24,627 bases of DNA. Source: Hyphomicrobiaceae bacterium. GTDB lineage: Bacteria; Pseudomonadota; Alphaproteobacteria; Rhizobiales; Hyphomicrobiaceae. Numbering within the stretch: the stretch's first letter is position 1; each line of letters starts with the position of its first letter. Shown one piece after another: positions 1 to 9,499 of the stretch. The stretch covers positions 15,094 through 39,720 of the forward strand of contig JBKBNR010000001.1 of NCBI GenBank assembly GCA_046295315.1. The letters are read 5' to 3'. The position numbers and the translations under genes are program-made. Under the pieces are notes generated by a model. That model did no database searches. It was not told where the DNA came from and saw nothing but the letters and a program-made list of their open reading frames with translations.

Positions 1-1
1 A

Positions 2-1471
2 GACACGCCCACCGCGCAGGATGTCGAGGCTCTCGCCCGCTTCATCGACGGGCGGGCGAAGCGTGACATCATGGCGACGCATGTGCTGGTCGAGCATTAT
101 CCTCCGGCGCGGCACTGGAAGTGCCAGTCCAAGGGATTGCTCGCCATTCCGCTGTCGAATTCCAACAGCGACTGGCTGTTCTTCTTCCGGCGCGAGATCA
201 CGCAGGTGGTCGAATGGGCGGGCAACCCGAACAAGGCCCCCGACGCGAAACTGCCCGGCGCCACGCTTTCGCCGCGTTCAAGTTTCGCGGCATGGCGCGA
301 AGTGGTGAAGGGCCAGTCCCTGCCATGGACGTCCCGCGAACGGCTGATCGGCGAGACGCTGCGCGTCTACCTCCTCGACATCATCGTCCGCTTCAGCGAG
401 GTGATTCTGGAAGAGCGGCGGCAGGCCGAGCAGCAATCACGCCTCCTGTCGAACCAGCTCAATCATCGCGTCAAGGTGACGCTGGAGCTCATCCAGTCGC
501 TCGTTCATCACGGCTTCGAGGCGGAACTTCGCGTTCGCGATTTCGTGCGAACACTCGAGGGCCGCATCAAGGCCATCGCCCTGGCGCACGACGCGATCTC
601 GATGGCGGGCGGGTGCGAGCTCCGTCACCTGGTCGAATCGACCATAGCCTTGCAGACGCCGGCCTACGGTCATGTCCACATCCTCGGTCCAGAGATCCGC
701 CTCGATGCCAAGGCTTACACCGTTCTGGCTCTCGTGGTGCACGAATTGGTTTCCAACTCAGCGGTGTCCGGCGCCTTGTCGCGTCGCGACTCTCGCCTCG
801 ATGTCCGCTGGTCGCGAAGCTCGGCGACCGACGATACACTCGTCATCACCTGGGACGAAAGCAGCGCTTCGCCGGCTCCGATGCAGTTCGAGGATGGTCT
901 CGGAATGTTGATCATCAAGAGAAACATTCCCCACGCGCTCGGCGGCGATGCCAAAATCGAATTGACACCGGACGGCTTCCGCGCGGTGTTCACCATCCCG
1001 TCGCGCCATCTCGAAAAAGGCGCAAGCCCCGTACCGCCACCACAGCATCGCCAGCGCCTTCTCGCCCAACCGTCGAACCAGCTATCGTGCTGCACCGTGC
1101 TGATCGTCGACGACCATATGCCGGCGGCCCTCGACCTCGAGCGCATTCTGCAAAGCCACGGCGCGACCGCCGTCGAGATAGCCGGCACGGTCACAAGCGC
1201 TCTCGAACGCATCGCACAAGTGCCGCCGGATGTCGCAGTTCTCGATATCGACCTCGGCGAGGAGACGTCGTTCGAGATCGCCGAAGAGTTGGCGCGACGC
1301 GACATACCCTTCATCTTCGCTGGTCGCGTCAGTGACACGGCCCATCTGCCGCCTGACCATCGAGACGTGCCGGTAGCGGCCAAGCCCTATTCGGCCGACG
1401 ACGTCACACAATTGCTCAAAGATGCGCTGCTGCCCTACCTGATCCGAACGGTGCTGACCAAGCTCGTTTGA
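2..1471 (+). CDS. bphP: Bacteriophytochrome, 5'-truncated by window edge: C-terminal PHY domain + HWE-type histidine kinase + receiver domain
   Basis: Frame is open from nt 2 (DTPTAQDVEALARFIDG...). PHY tongue motifs WAGNPNK and LSPRSSFAAW; HWE-like H-box LNHRVK, HEL..N..GALS and W-x-E motifs; receiver with VLIVDD, VAVLDIDLG and KPYS. Confidence 0.9.
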   Translation, partial: DTPTAQDVEALARFIDGRAKRDIMATHVLVEHYPPARHWKCQSKGLLAIPLSNSNSDWLFFFRREITQVVEWAGNPNKAPDAKLPGATLSPRSSFAAWREVVKGQSLPWTSRERLIGETLRVYLLDIIVRFSEVILEERRQAEQQSRLLSNQLNHRVKVTLELIQSLVHHGFEAELRVRDFVRTLEGRIKAIALAHDAISMAGGCELRHLVESTIALQTPAYGHVHILGPEIRLDAKAYTVLALVVHELVSNSAVSGALSRRDSRLDVRWSRSSATDDTLVITWDESSASPAPMQFEDGLGMLIIKRNIPHALGGDAKIELTPDGFRAVFTIPSRHLEKGASPVPPPQHRQRLLAQPSNQLSCCTVLIVDDHMPAALDLERILQSHGATAVEIAGTVTSALERIAQVPPDVAVLDIDLGEETSFEIAEELARRDIPFIFAGRVSDTAHLPPDHRDVPVAAKPYSADDVTQLLKDALLPYLIRTVLTKLV

Positions 1472-1541
1472 TCACGACCGGCATATCCCGATGACCGTCC
1501 CGCGACGCGATTGCGGCACGACGGCTCCTTGAAATGGACAT

Positions 1542-1572
1542 GGCGGACGATGCCAGCAAGGCATCATCCGCC
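1542..1572 (-). terminator. GC-rich stem-loop between the convergent bphP and pufM 3' ends
   Basis: Minus strand GGCGGATGATGCC-TTGCT-GGCATCGTCCGCC: 13-bp stem with one G.U pair. Only a weak U-tract follows. Confidence 0.55.
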
Positions 1573-1609
1573 AACTCGTACCCCGCTGCTCTTCCTGCTG
1601 TCTACTCGC

Positions 1610-1634
1610 GTCCGCCGCGCCAAGTGCGGCGGAC
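1610..1634. terminator. Second stem-loop downstream of pufM
   Basis: GTCCGCCGC-GCCAAGT-GCGGCGGAC: perfect 9-bp stem, no clear U-tract on either strand. Confidence 0.45.
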
Positions 1635-1723
1635 CCATGCGGGTGCCATGTCGAAAGTGCAGTGTAGCTATAGAAGGCGCCGGCGCTCTGTGCTGCCCGC
1701 TCCTCCGGGCCGGTGCCTGATTG

Positions 1724-2653
1724 TCAGGGATAAGCGGCTGGCGCCAATCCGTGCTTCACGCCCCAATCGTACCAGTTGTCGACGACTGTGCCGGTGAGCA
1801 GGATACCGATGCCACCCGTCAACGTGCAGAGCACCGCAAACCACCACGCCCAGCGATGGATCGATTCCATGGAAGCATTGAAGCCCATCGTCCAGCGCCA
1901 GAAGAGTGCAGCGCGCTCCGATGCCGTACCACGGTCGGTGATCTGCTCGAGTTCGCGCTCACCGCCGTAGCGGCTGACGGCGAGAATCGTGGCGCCATGC
2001 ATCGCGAACAGCAACGCCGAGCCGTAGAGGAAGGCGATCGAGAGCATGTGGAACGGATTGTAGAAGAGATTGCCGTAGTTGAGCGAGAAGTTGTTGGTCC
2101 AGTCGAGATGCGGGAAGATGCCGAAGGGAACCGCTTCGCTCCAATTGCCCATCAGGATCGGCCGGATGAAGCCGAGCACCAGATAGAGCCATATCGCCGA
2201 CGCGAACGCCCATGCCACGTGCGTTCCCATTCCGAGCGCGCGGGCGCGCCGGTACATGCGGGCCCACCAGAGCAGGATCGATAGCGTCAGGAAGAAGCCG
2301 GCCATCAGCCACCAGCCGCCTTCCTTCAGAGGCGGTATGCCAAGGCCATACTTGGCCGCCGGCGGCTCGAGAGCGAGGTAAGGGAGCTGGCGGACGAACT
2401 GGATCGGATCCCAGTTCACCGAAGCCCACATATTGAGACCGATGATCTCGATGGCGATGACGCCGCAAACGAGCGACATGAACCCCAGGGTCCCGAGATA
2501 GATCGGACCGATCTGAGCATCACCGATCTTGCCCATCCAGTAGGAGAAGAACGGTTCGCCCGAGCGCCGCTCGTCTCCGACTGGGAGCGGCACGCCCATT
2601 TCCGGATGTGAGCGGACCTGCACTTGCGTGAAGATGTTCTGATACTGTGCCAT
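1724..2653 (-). CDS. pufM: Photosynthetic reaction centre M subunit
   Basis: [13 protein letters not shown] start, [58 protein letters not shown]. Confidence 0.99.
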   Translation of the reverse strand: MAQYQNIFTQVQVRSHPEMGVPLPVGDERRSGEPFFSYWMGKIGDAQIGPIYLGTLGFMSLVCGVIAIEIIGLNMWASVNWDPIQFVRQLPYLALEPPAAKYGLGIPPLKEGGWWLMAGFFLTLSILLWWARMYRRARALGMGTHVAWAFASAIWLYLVLGFIRPILMGNWSEAVPFGIFPHLDWTNNFSLNYGNLFYNPFHMLSIAFLYGSALLFAMHGATILAVSRYGGERELEQITDRGTASERAALFWRWTMGFNASMESIHRWAWWFAVLCTLTGGIGILLTGTVVDNWYDWGVKHGLAPAAYP

Positions 2654-2674
2654 GACCGAAGCCCCTTGCTTTCG

Positions 2675-3511
2675 CTATCTACGCGACCAGATCGGCAGCT
2701 CGAGCCACCAGTTCCACCAGTCGAGCCATGGATTGCCCTCGAGCCACAGCGGTCCGCTGATGACGATGCAGATGGCGCTCCAGAACCCGGCGGACAGCGC
2801 CAGGAACAGACCGACACGGTGAATGCCGAGCGTACCGACCGAGTAGCCGATGGTGTCGCGGATGTAGCTGTTCTCGTGCTCCGGAGTCTTCACCACTTCA
2901 CCCGGCTTCGGGTTGACGGATGAGAGAATAAGGCCGCCGTGCAGCGCCAGAGCAAGTGCCGTTGTGAAGAAGAACGTGATCGCGATCATGTGCGCGGGGT
3001 TGTAGTGGAAGTTGCCGTACTGGTATCCCGTCGTCGACACCCAATCGAGGTGGCTGATGATGCCGTAGGGGAAGCCGTAGGACCACGACCCCATGAGAAC
3101 CGGGCGGATCACGACCAGCGTCACATACGCGAAGATCGCCACGCTGAAGGCGAACGGCACATGATAGCCGATGCCCAGTTTGCGGCAGATTTCCACCTCA
3201 CGCAGCGCCCACGAACTGAATGCGCCGATGGCGCAGACCGTTATCACCTGCCAGAGCCCGCCTTCCTTCAGCGGTGCAAAACCGAGGCCGTAGGCGGCTG
3301 CCGGTGGATTGATGCTCAGGCGCCAAAGGTTCCACGTCGGACCGATTGCGACTCCGTACAGGATGAGCGCGACGCCGACGATCGTGAAAAATATCGTCAA
3401 TACGCCGAAGAAGCCGACATAGAACGGGCCAACCCAGAAATCAAACAGATCGCCGCCGATCAACGTGCCCCCGCGGACGCGGTATTTTCGTTCGAAGTTC
3501 AACATCGCCAT
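2675..3511 (-). CDS. pufL: Photosynthetic reaction centre L subunit
   Basis: [63 protein letters not shown]; GGAGG 8 nt upstream of ATG. Confidence 0.99.
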   Translation of the reverse strand: MAMLNFERKYRVRGGTLIGGDLFDFWVGPFYVGFFGVLTIFFTIVGVALILYGVAIGPTWNLWRLSINPPAAAYGLGFAPLKEGGLWQVITVCAIGAFSSWALREVEICRKLGIGYHVPFAFSVAIFAYVTLVVIRPVLMGSWSYGFPYGIISHLDWVSTTGYQYGNFHYNPAHMIAITFFFTTALALALHGGLILSSVNPKPGEVVKTPEHENSYIRDTIGYSVGTLGIHRVGLFLALSAGFWSAICIVISGPLWLEGNPWLDWWNWWLELPIWSRR

Positions 3512-3571
3512 GGCAGGATCCTCCAGCCCATCGGCCTTACCGATTGCTATTCACAGAATTTCGCATCCGCA

Positions 3572-3605
3572 GAGCGGAGAAGCCGCCGACGCCGCTTCTC
3601 CGCTC
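3572..3605 (-). promoter_or_regulatory. pufA-pufL intercistronic stem-loop (likely pufBA mRNA stabiliser)
   Basis: GAGCGGAGAAGC-N10-GCTTCTCCGCTC, perfect 12-bp stem just after the pufA stop. An equivalent hairpin stabilises pufBA mRNA in Rhodobacter. Confidence 0.8.
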
Positions 3606-3617
3606 GTTGGTTTCGTG

Positions 3618-3815
3618 TCACGCGACCTTGCCCGGGAGCACCAACGTGATCGGGGCATCGAGCGAGGTGGTCTTCGCCTTGCGCGGGCCCTCGAGCCAGT
3701 TGAAGCGATCGGTGCTGAGAAGGATGAAGTGGATCACCACCGCCAGCGCGAACAGGAACGTGAAGAGTGCGATCAGCGTTCTGCGCGGATCGAACAACAG
3801 CCAGACCTTCCACAT
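3618..3815 (-). CDS. pufA: LH1 light-harvesting alpha subunit
   Basis: [12 protein letters not shown]...[19 protein letters not shown]: BChl-binding His and conserved Trp. Confidence 0.98.
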   Translation of the reverse strand: MWKVWLLFDPRRTLIALFTFLFALAVVIHFILLSTDRFNWLEGPRKAKTTSLDAPITLVLPGKVA

Positions 3816-3831
3816 GTCCTCGGCTCCCTTT

Positions 3832-4059
3832 TTATGATTTCAGGGTGGGAAGATGAGCGAGCGCGTAATGGACACCGTCCATCAACGACGCGTAGCCCTG
3901 CGGCCCTGGCAGCCACGGCCGCCACTGCCAGACGAGGAAGTGTGCAATCACGGCGATCGCCGTGAAGATGATGAAACTCATCATGAAGATGCCGTGGAAC
4001 TCTTTCGCCTCTTGTTCGGTCAACCCGGACAAAGAGCCGCCTCGATTATCAGAAGCCAT
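3832..4059 (-). CDS. pufB: LH1 light-harvesting beta subunit (with C-terminal extension)
   Basis: [12 protein letters not shown]...[14 protein letters not shown]; GGAGG RBS. Confidence 0.98.
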   Translation of the reverse strand: MASDNRGGSLSGLTEQEAKEFHGIFMMSFIIFTAIAVIAHFLVWQWRPWLPGPQGYASLMDGVHYALAHLPTLKS

Positions 4060-4200
4060 CGAAGTCCTCCGTGTTTGGCCCCGAAGCCTAAGACCCAGGG
4101 GTCGTTACTGCGCATGCCCCACGCAGCAAGGGAGAATTGCGGCGATATTCTCGACGCAAGCTCTCGCCGCCCGATTCTCATCCGGACGACGAAACGCCGC

Positions 4201-4440
4201 CTAGCCCATGAAGGCGTAAGCCGCGCATCTGTTGGCTGCCTCACGGGCCCGCCCGACGATCGTCGTCGCCGACGTGGACTCGTCGCTGCACTTGAACATG
4301 AAGAGCGACAAGACGCTGTCGATCGCATGTGCGATCAGGAAGACGACGAACGCTGCGCCGAAGATCAACCGGAACTGGCGATCGTTGCCGCGCTTGTGCT
4401 GGTGACGCACATGGCCGTGGGTGTGCGAAATCATAGCCAT
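4201..4440 (-). CDS. pufQ: PufQ (single-TM tetrapyrrole-flux regulator)
   Basis: 79 aa, one TM segment (FRLIFGAAFVVFLIA), C-terminus ...ARE.A......AFMG typical of PufQ, canonical position between bchZ and pufB, GGGAG RBS. Confidence 0.8.
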   Translation of the reverse strand: MAMISHTHGHVRHQHKRGNDRQFRLIFGAAFVVFLIAHAIDSVLSLFMFKCSDESTSATTIVGRAREAANRCAAYAFMG

Positions 4441-4492
4441 CAGCTGCAGACTCCCTGTTGTCGTGCCGGTATCGTTCGGGCTCGGGACGGCG

Positions 4493-5926
4493 TCATTTCG
4501 CTTTCCCTTGCCAACTCATGATGTGCGCCGTCGAAACCCGCGCCGCGCCGCGGCGTCGCGTTTCACGTTCCGTCGCATCGCGCATCGTCTTAGCCGCGGA
4601 TATGCGCACCAGAACCGGTTCGGCAGCGATCAGCTCATCCAGAAGCGAGCGCGCCTCGTCATCCCATTCGAGCTCCGCTTGCGAACGCGACGGCGTCGGC
4701 TCGATGCGGTCGAGGTCGGTGGCGAGCGGCAGGATATGGAACAGAGCGTCGAAGAGGCCGTTTGCGACTTCCTGCAGGAGGTACGTCGCCCCCGCATAGC
4801 CCATGAATGGCGTGCCGGTGTGGCGGCGGATGATGGCGCCAGGAAACGACGCCGGTATGTAGACGCTGCGCGCGCCCGCCTCGGCGAGATACATGCGCTC
4901 GTTGTAGCTGCCGAACACGATCAGCGGCGGCTTGCTGAGCGCGTGGCGCACAGTGTCGTTGTCGGTCTTCTCGCCCAGTCGGCGTGCGAAGGAAAAAGCG
5001 CAGGGGAGGCCGAGTTCGGTTTCGAGGAAGCTCTTGACACCGCGAGCGTAGGTTTCCGTGGCCACGATTCCGAAGCTCGCGGTCGCGAAGAAGTCCTGCG
5101 TCACGGAGCGCCACAGATCCCAGATCGGCTTGATCGTCGTGTGCTTCTCGCGCGTGATGAAAGGCTCGGGATCGAGACCGGTCATTTCGCCGAGCTTGCG
5201 CAGGAAACGCGTCGTCGAGTGGATTCCGATCGGCGCCTGCAGATACGGGCGCTCCAGCGTTTCACACAGCTGGCGTCCAAATTCGCGGTACATGCAGATG
5301 TTGACGTCGGCGTCCGCCAGTTTCGCCACGTCTGCGAGATGGCTGCCGAGCGGGAACACCATATTGATCTCGGCGCCGATGCCCTCGACGATACGCACGA
5401 TCTCGGCGATGTCCGACGGCATGTTGAAGGTGCCGTACATCGGGCCGATGATGTTGACTTTGGGCTTTTCGCCTTCGGCGCGGGGCGTCGGCGCCGGGAT
5501 CTTCTTGCGGCCGAACTCGGTCCACAGCCAGTTGAGCGAGCGGTCCGCCGTCTGCCACTGATCCTCGTCGATCGTGCGCGGCAGAAACCGCTTGATGCTC
5601 GTGCCTTCCGGCGTCACGCCGCCGCCGATCATCTCCGCGATCGACCCGGTGACGACAACTGCAGGCAAGTTCGGATCGAGCGTCGTGTGTGCCCGGCGCA
5701 TCGCGCCTTCGGTGCCGGTCTTGCCGAGCTCTTCTTCCGAAAGGCCCGTGACCACGATCGGTAGTTCGTGCGGCGGCAGGGCGTCTGTGTAGTGCAGCAC
5801 CGACGTCACGGGCAGGTTCTCGCAACCGACCGGACCGTCGATGACGACTTGCAAACCCTTGATGGCGGTGAAGGCATAGACGGCGCCCCAGTATCCGCCG
5901 GCGCGATCATGGTCGAGGACGAGCAT
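4493..5926 (-). CDS. bchZ: Chlorophyllide a reductase subunit Z
   Basis: [63 protein letters not shown] at 5926 overlaps the bchY stop (TGATG). Confidence 0.98.
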   Translation of the reverse strand: MLVLDHDRAGGYWGAVYAFTAIKGLQVVIDGPVGCENLPVTSVLHYTDALPPHELPIVVTGLSEEELGKTGTEGAMRRAHTTLDPNLPAVVVTGSIAEMIGGGVTPEGTSIKRFLPRTIDEDQWQTADRSLNWLWTEFGRKKIPAPTPRAEGEKPKVNIIGPMYGTFNMPSDIAEIVRIVEGIGAEINMVFPLGSHLADVAKLADADVNICMYREFGRQLCETLERPYLQAPIGIHSTTRFLRKLGEMTGLDPEPFITREKHTTIKPIWDLWRSVTQDFFATASFGIVATETYARGVKSFLETELGLPCAFSFARRLGEKTDNDTVRHALSKPPLIVFGSYNERMYLAEAGARSVYIPASFPGAIIRRHTGTPFMGYAGATYLLQEVANGLFDALFHILPLATDLDRIEPTPSRSQAELEWDDEARSLLDELIAAEPVLVRISAAKTMRDATERETRRRGAARVSTAHIMSWQGKAK

Positions 5927-7461
5927 CAGATCATCTCCTCGGCTTTGCGCTTTTTGGCTTCTTTGGCAAGCCGCCGGGCGTATTCGGCGCGGAACGCCGG
6001 GCGGTCCTCGGGGAGGTCGCGCCACACCCCCGCCGTCGGGCCTTCGCCGACGCCCTCGAAGAAGGCGTGCATCTCGTCGAAGCGGGCCTTGCCGCGCATA
6101 GCACCGTTGACGACCTCAGCCAGCGAACCCGCACCGGCGATGCCCATCAGCGGCCGCGCGGAAATCAGATTGGTAAAATAGAGAGCCGGCGTGCGCGCTT
6201 CCTTGGCCTTCTGCACGATGGGCGTGGTGCCGATGGCGAGATCCGGCTTGAAGGCTTCGAAGGCCGCGAGATCCTGCTCGAGCGAGGCGCGGAAGGCGAC
6301 GTGCACGCCCTTCGCCTCGAGCCATTCCCGATCGGCATCGGACCATACCGTGCGCGGGCACGCCGTGCCGACGTAGCGGACATCGGCGCCACTCTCGATC
6401 AGCAGCCGCGCCACAAGCAGTTCGGAGCCTTCGTATCCCGAAAGCGTGATGCGCCCCTTGATCGGCATCGTTTGCAGCGCGCTGCGGACCGCCGGCAGGA
6501 TCGATTGTTTCGCGGCATCACATTTCGCCGACGTGACGCCAGCAGCACGTGCCACGCTGTCGAGCCAGGCGGCGGTGCCTTCATAGCCGACCGGTGCGGA
6601 ACCGACGATGGCGCGGCCGGCGCTGGTGAACTCGCGAATGCTCGCGGTGTAGAAGGGATGGATCGCGGCAGCAGCGACACAATCGAGCGCGCCATAGAGC
6701 TCGCGCCATTCGCGCGTCGGCACCACGGGCCCTGCCGCCAGGCCGAGCGGTGCCAGCAAGCCGCCGATGGTCACGGGGTCAACCGGGAACATCTCACCCA
6801 GCAGTGCGATTGCCGGCCTCTCGCTGCGGCCGCCACGCGGCGGTTGAACCGGACCCTGCTCGACCTCGGTGCGCGCGTATTTCAACATTGCCCCGGCGAG
6901 AACGTCCTTCGCTTCCGCGTGTGTCGGAACGCCGAAGCCCGGCACGTCGATACCAATGATACGGACGCCGTCGATGGCTTTCGGCAGAAGCTGCAGCGGC
7001 ACGCCCGATGCCGTCGGCACACACAGATTGATGATGACGACCGAATCATAGAGCGCCGGGTCGGCGAGTTTGTAGACCGCCTCACGAATATCCTCGAACA
7101 GCTTGCCGGTGACGAGTGTCTCGGAATTGAACGGAACGTAGCCGACCGTGCGGCGCGCACCGTAGAAGTGCGAGGTGAACGTCAGCCCATAGACACAGCA
7201 GGCAGAGCCCGAAAGCACCGTTGCCGTGCGCCGCATACGAAGGCCGACGCGGAGCGATCCGAATGCCGGGCACATGCTCTGCGGCTGATCGTGCGGACCC
7301 TTCGGATAATCGGCGGCATAGCGATCGAGCACGTCGCTCTTGCCCGCGGCTGCCGCCGCCCTCGCCATTTCGTCGCCACCGGCATGACAGCCACCCGCCA
7401 TGACGGCACCGGCGGCGCCGGCTGCGCGCGAGACTTCGAGGTATTCGGCTTCGTCAGACAT
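5926..7461 (-). CDS. bchY: Chlorophyllide a reductase subunit Y
   Basis: [57 protein letters not shown]. Confidence 0.98.
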   Translation of the reverse strand: MSDEAEYLEVSRAAGAAGAVMAGGCHAGGDEMARAAAAAGKSDVLDRYAADYPKGPHDQPQSMCPAFGSLRVGLRMRRTATVLSGSACCVYGLTFTSHFYGARRTVGYVPFNSETLVTGKLFEDIREAVYKLADPALYDSVVIINLCVPTASGVPLQLLPKAIDGVRIIGIDVPGFGVPTHAEAKDVLAGAMLKYARTEVEQGPVQPPRGGRSERPAIALLGEMFPVDPVTIGGLLAPLGLAAGPVVPTREWRELYGALDCVAAAAIHPFYTASIREFTSAGRAIVGSAPVGYEGTAAWLDSVARAAGVTSAKCDAAKQSILPAVRSALQTMPIKGRITLSGYEGSELLVARLLIESGADVRYVGTACPRTVWSDADREWLEAKGVHVAFRASLEQDLAAFEAFKPDLAIGTTPIVQKAKEARTPALYFTNLISARPLMGIAGAGSLAEVVNGAMRGKARFDEMHAFFEGVGEGPTAGVWRDLPEDRPAFRAEYARRLAKEAKKRKAEEMI

Positions 7462-7511
7462 TACGCCTCCGGCCCTTCATCGCGTGAAGGCCACGAGTTC
7501 AACTCAGCTCG

Positions 7512-8546
7512 TCACACCGCGTCGTAGATCACCTCGAGCGACGGCCTCTCGAGCGAGACACCACCACACATGTCGGCGAGCGAAGCCGGCTGCAGCACGA
7601 CCCCGCGCCCGACGGCTTCTCCCTTGAACAGGCCGAGCAACTGATCCTGATTGAGCGGGGTCGGACGCACGGGCGGCGCGGCCGCGACATTCGCTGCCAG
7701 TTCGGCGAACAGACCGCCCCATTCGCTGTCGGGCCGGCCGATGATCTCGTAATTTGCGCTCTTGCGGCGGATGTCCTCGTGCGCAGGTATAGCCGCCAGC
7801 ACCGGAATGCCCGCCCGTTCCGCGAAGGCATGCGCTTCGCCAGTGCCGTCATCCTTGTTGACGATCATGCCGGCGACACCGACGTTGCCACCGAGCTTGC
7901 GGAAATACTCGACCGCCGAGCAGACGTTGTTGGCGACGTAGAGCGACTGCAGATCGTTCGATCCGACGACGATGACCTTCTGGCACATGTCTCGAGCGAT
8001 CGGCAGACCGAAGCCGCCGCACACCACGTCGCCGAGGAAGTCGAGCAGCACATAGTCGAAGCCCCACTCGTGGAAGCCGAGCTTCTCCAGCAGTTCGAAC
8101 CCGTGGATGATACCGCGACCGCCGCAACCGCGCCCGACCTCAGGGCCGCCGAGCTCCATGGCGAACACGCCATCACGCTTGAAGCAGACGTCGGAGACCG
8201 TCACCGCTTCGCCAGCGAGCTTCTTCTTCGCCGAGGTTTCGATGATCGTCGGTGTGGCGCGACCGCCGAACAGCAGAGACGTGGTATCGCTCTTGGGATC
8301 GCAACCGATGAGCAGCACGCGCTTGCCCTGCTGAGCCATCATGTACGAGAGATTGGCCAGCGCGAAGCTCTTGCCGCTGCCGCCCTTGCCGTAGATGGCA
8401 ATGATCTGCGTCTGGCTCGTCGGCGTCGCAATCTCTTCTTCGTCGTTCTCGACCGGCGCACTTGGCGTCGGTGCAGACGCAGCCGTGCAGCCAGCGTCCG
8501 CCCGAGTCGTCTTCGATGTCAGAAAGTCGTCGACGACATAGCTCAT
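7512..8546 (-). CDS. bchX: Chlorophyllide a reductase iron protein subunit X
   Basis: IAIYGKGGSGKS P-loop, GCDPKSDTT, GGPEVGRGCGGRG, DFLGDVVCGGF, SNDLQSLY. Confidence 0.98.
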   Translation of the reverse strand: MSYVVDDFLTSKTTRADAGCTAASAPTPSAPVENDEEEIATPTSQTQIIAIYGKGGSGKSFALANLSYMMAQQGKRVLLIGCDPKSDTTSLLFGGRATPTIIETSAKKKLAGEAVTVSDVCFKRDGVFAMELGGPEVGRGCGGRGIIHGFELLEKLGFHEWGFDYVLLDFLGDVVCGGFGLPIARDMCQKVIVVGSNDLQSLYVANNVCSAVEYFRKLGGNVGVAGMIVNKDDGTGEAHAFAERAGIPVLAAIPAHEDIRRKSANYEIIGRPDSEWGGLFAELAANVAAAPPVRPTPLNQDQLLGLFKGEAVGRGVVLQPASLADMCGGVSLERPSLEVIYDAV

Positions 8547-9499
8547 GAGACGTTACTCCAATCGAGTATCAGTTTGAGGCAATCAGGGTCGGTGAACGCC
8601 GTGGCGTAGGCGTCTGCCGCACCTTCGGCAGGCCGGCGCGTGGTGATGAGACCGTCAAGCGACAGTCGTCCGGTCTGGACGAGATCGCGGACCGCTAACA
8701 GATCAGCCTCGCGCCACTCGGCGGCGACGCGGAACCGAGCTTCGCGCATGAAGGCGGGCGCGAACGCGAACGACGGCCGCCCGTGATAGAACCCGGCGAG
8801 CACGATCTCACCGGAGGGCTGCAGCTTCGCTATCAGCGTATCGAGGATGTCGGCGCTACCGCTGACATCGTAGATCGAATGATACCGACGCTCGGAGTCG
8901 GCCTGCGGATCGACGACCTCGTAGCCGAAGGCGCCAGAGCGACGGCGCGCCTCGGTTTCCCATACGACGGGCGGCGGCGCGCCGGTCGCGATCGTCAGAC
9001 GTGCCAACAAGCGGCCGAGGACACCGTGACCAACGATCAGATCGGGAGCTCGCCCGGCCGGCGCCACCATCGCGTGATAAGCAGTAGCGGCGAGGGCGAA
9101 CAGAACACCTTGCTCGCCGACCTCGTCATCGAACGCCGTCGCCCTCGCGGCCGGCACGACGAGCCGCGAGGCTGCCCCGCCGAACAGTGGACGAACCTCG
9201 CCGTAGCACCGCGCGCCTGGAACGAAGACGCGCTCGCCGATGCGGCCGATCGCTTGCGGTCCGGCATCGATGATACGGCCGACAGTCTCGTACCCAGGGA
9301 CGAGCGGGTAGCCCATGCCGGGGAACGGCGGCATCTGCCCCGTCCACAACAGCCGCTCGGTGCCGGTGCTGATGCCACTCCACTCGACGTTCACCACGAC
9401 GTCGTCGGCTTGCGGCTCAGGTAGCGACAGACGCCGCAGATCGAGATGCTCGGGCCGCTCAAGAACGACGGCAACGGTGTCGTATCTGCACCCTTCCAT
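8543..9499 (-). CDS. bchC: 3-hydroxyethyl bacteriochlorophyllide a dehydrogenase
   Basis: SGISTGTERLLWTG.MPPFPGMGYPLVPGYE, GHGVLGRLLAR, EIVLAGFY. ATG at 9499 chosen; the stop overlaps the bchX start (ATGA). Confidence 0.96.
   Translation of the reverse strand: MEGCRYDTVAVVLERPEHLDLRRLSLPEPQADDVVVNVEWSGISTGTERLLWTGQMPPFPGMGYPLVPGYETVGRIIDAGPQAIGRIGERVFVPGARCYGEVRPLFGGAASRLVVPAARATAFDDEVGEQGVLFALAATAYHAMVAPAGRAPDLIVGHGVLGRLLARLTIATGAPPPVVWETEARRRSGAFGYEVVDPQADSERRYHSIYDVSGSADILDTLIAKLQPSGEIVLAGFYHGRPSFAFAPAFMREARFRVAAEWREADLLAVRDLVQTGRLSLDGLITTRRPAEGAADAYATAFTDPDCLKLILDWSNVS

Noticed and set aside
1511-1797. Plus-strand ORFs 1511-1720 and 1534-1797, and short minus-strand ORFs after pufM, as pufX or small-subunit candidates
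   Set aside because: No TM segment, Arg/Pro-rich composition, overlap with hairpins and the pufM end; the GGAGGAG after pufM has no start codon at a usable distance.
2519-2872. Asn at L213 instead of Asp
   Set aside because: Compensated by Asp at M44 (GKIGDAQ); this swap is a known natural variant, for example in Blastochloris viridis.
5927-6025. 33-aa N-terminal extension of BchZ in the ORF track
   Set aside because: Lies inside bchY; the conserved [11 protein letters not shown] start at 5926 is translationally coupled to the bchY stop.
4421-7527. Long plus-strand ORFs (447 aa, 486 aa) opposite bchZ/bchY, and similar ones opposite dxs, crtI, bchD and bchI
   Set aside because: Antisense shadows expected from GC3-rich coding; no motifs and low-complexity Arg/Ala/Gly content.
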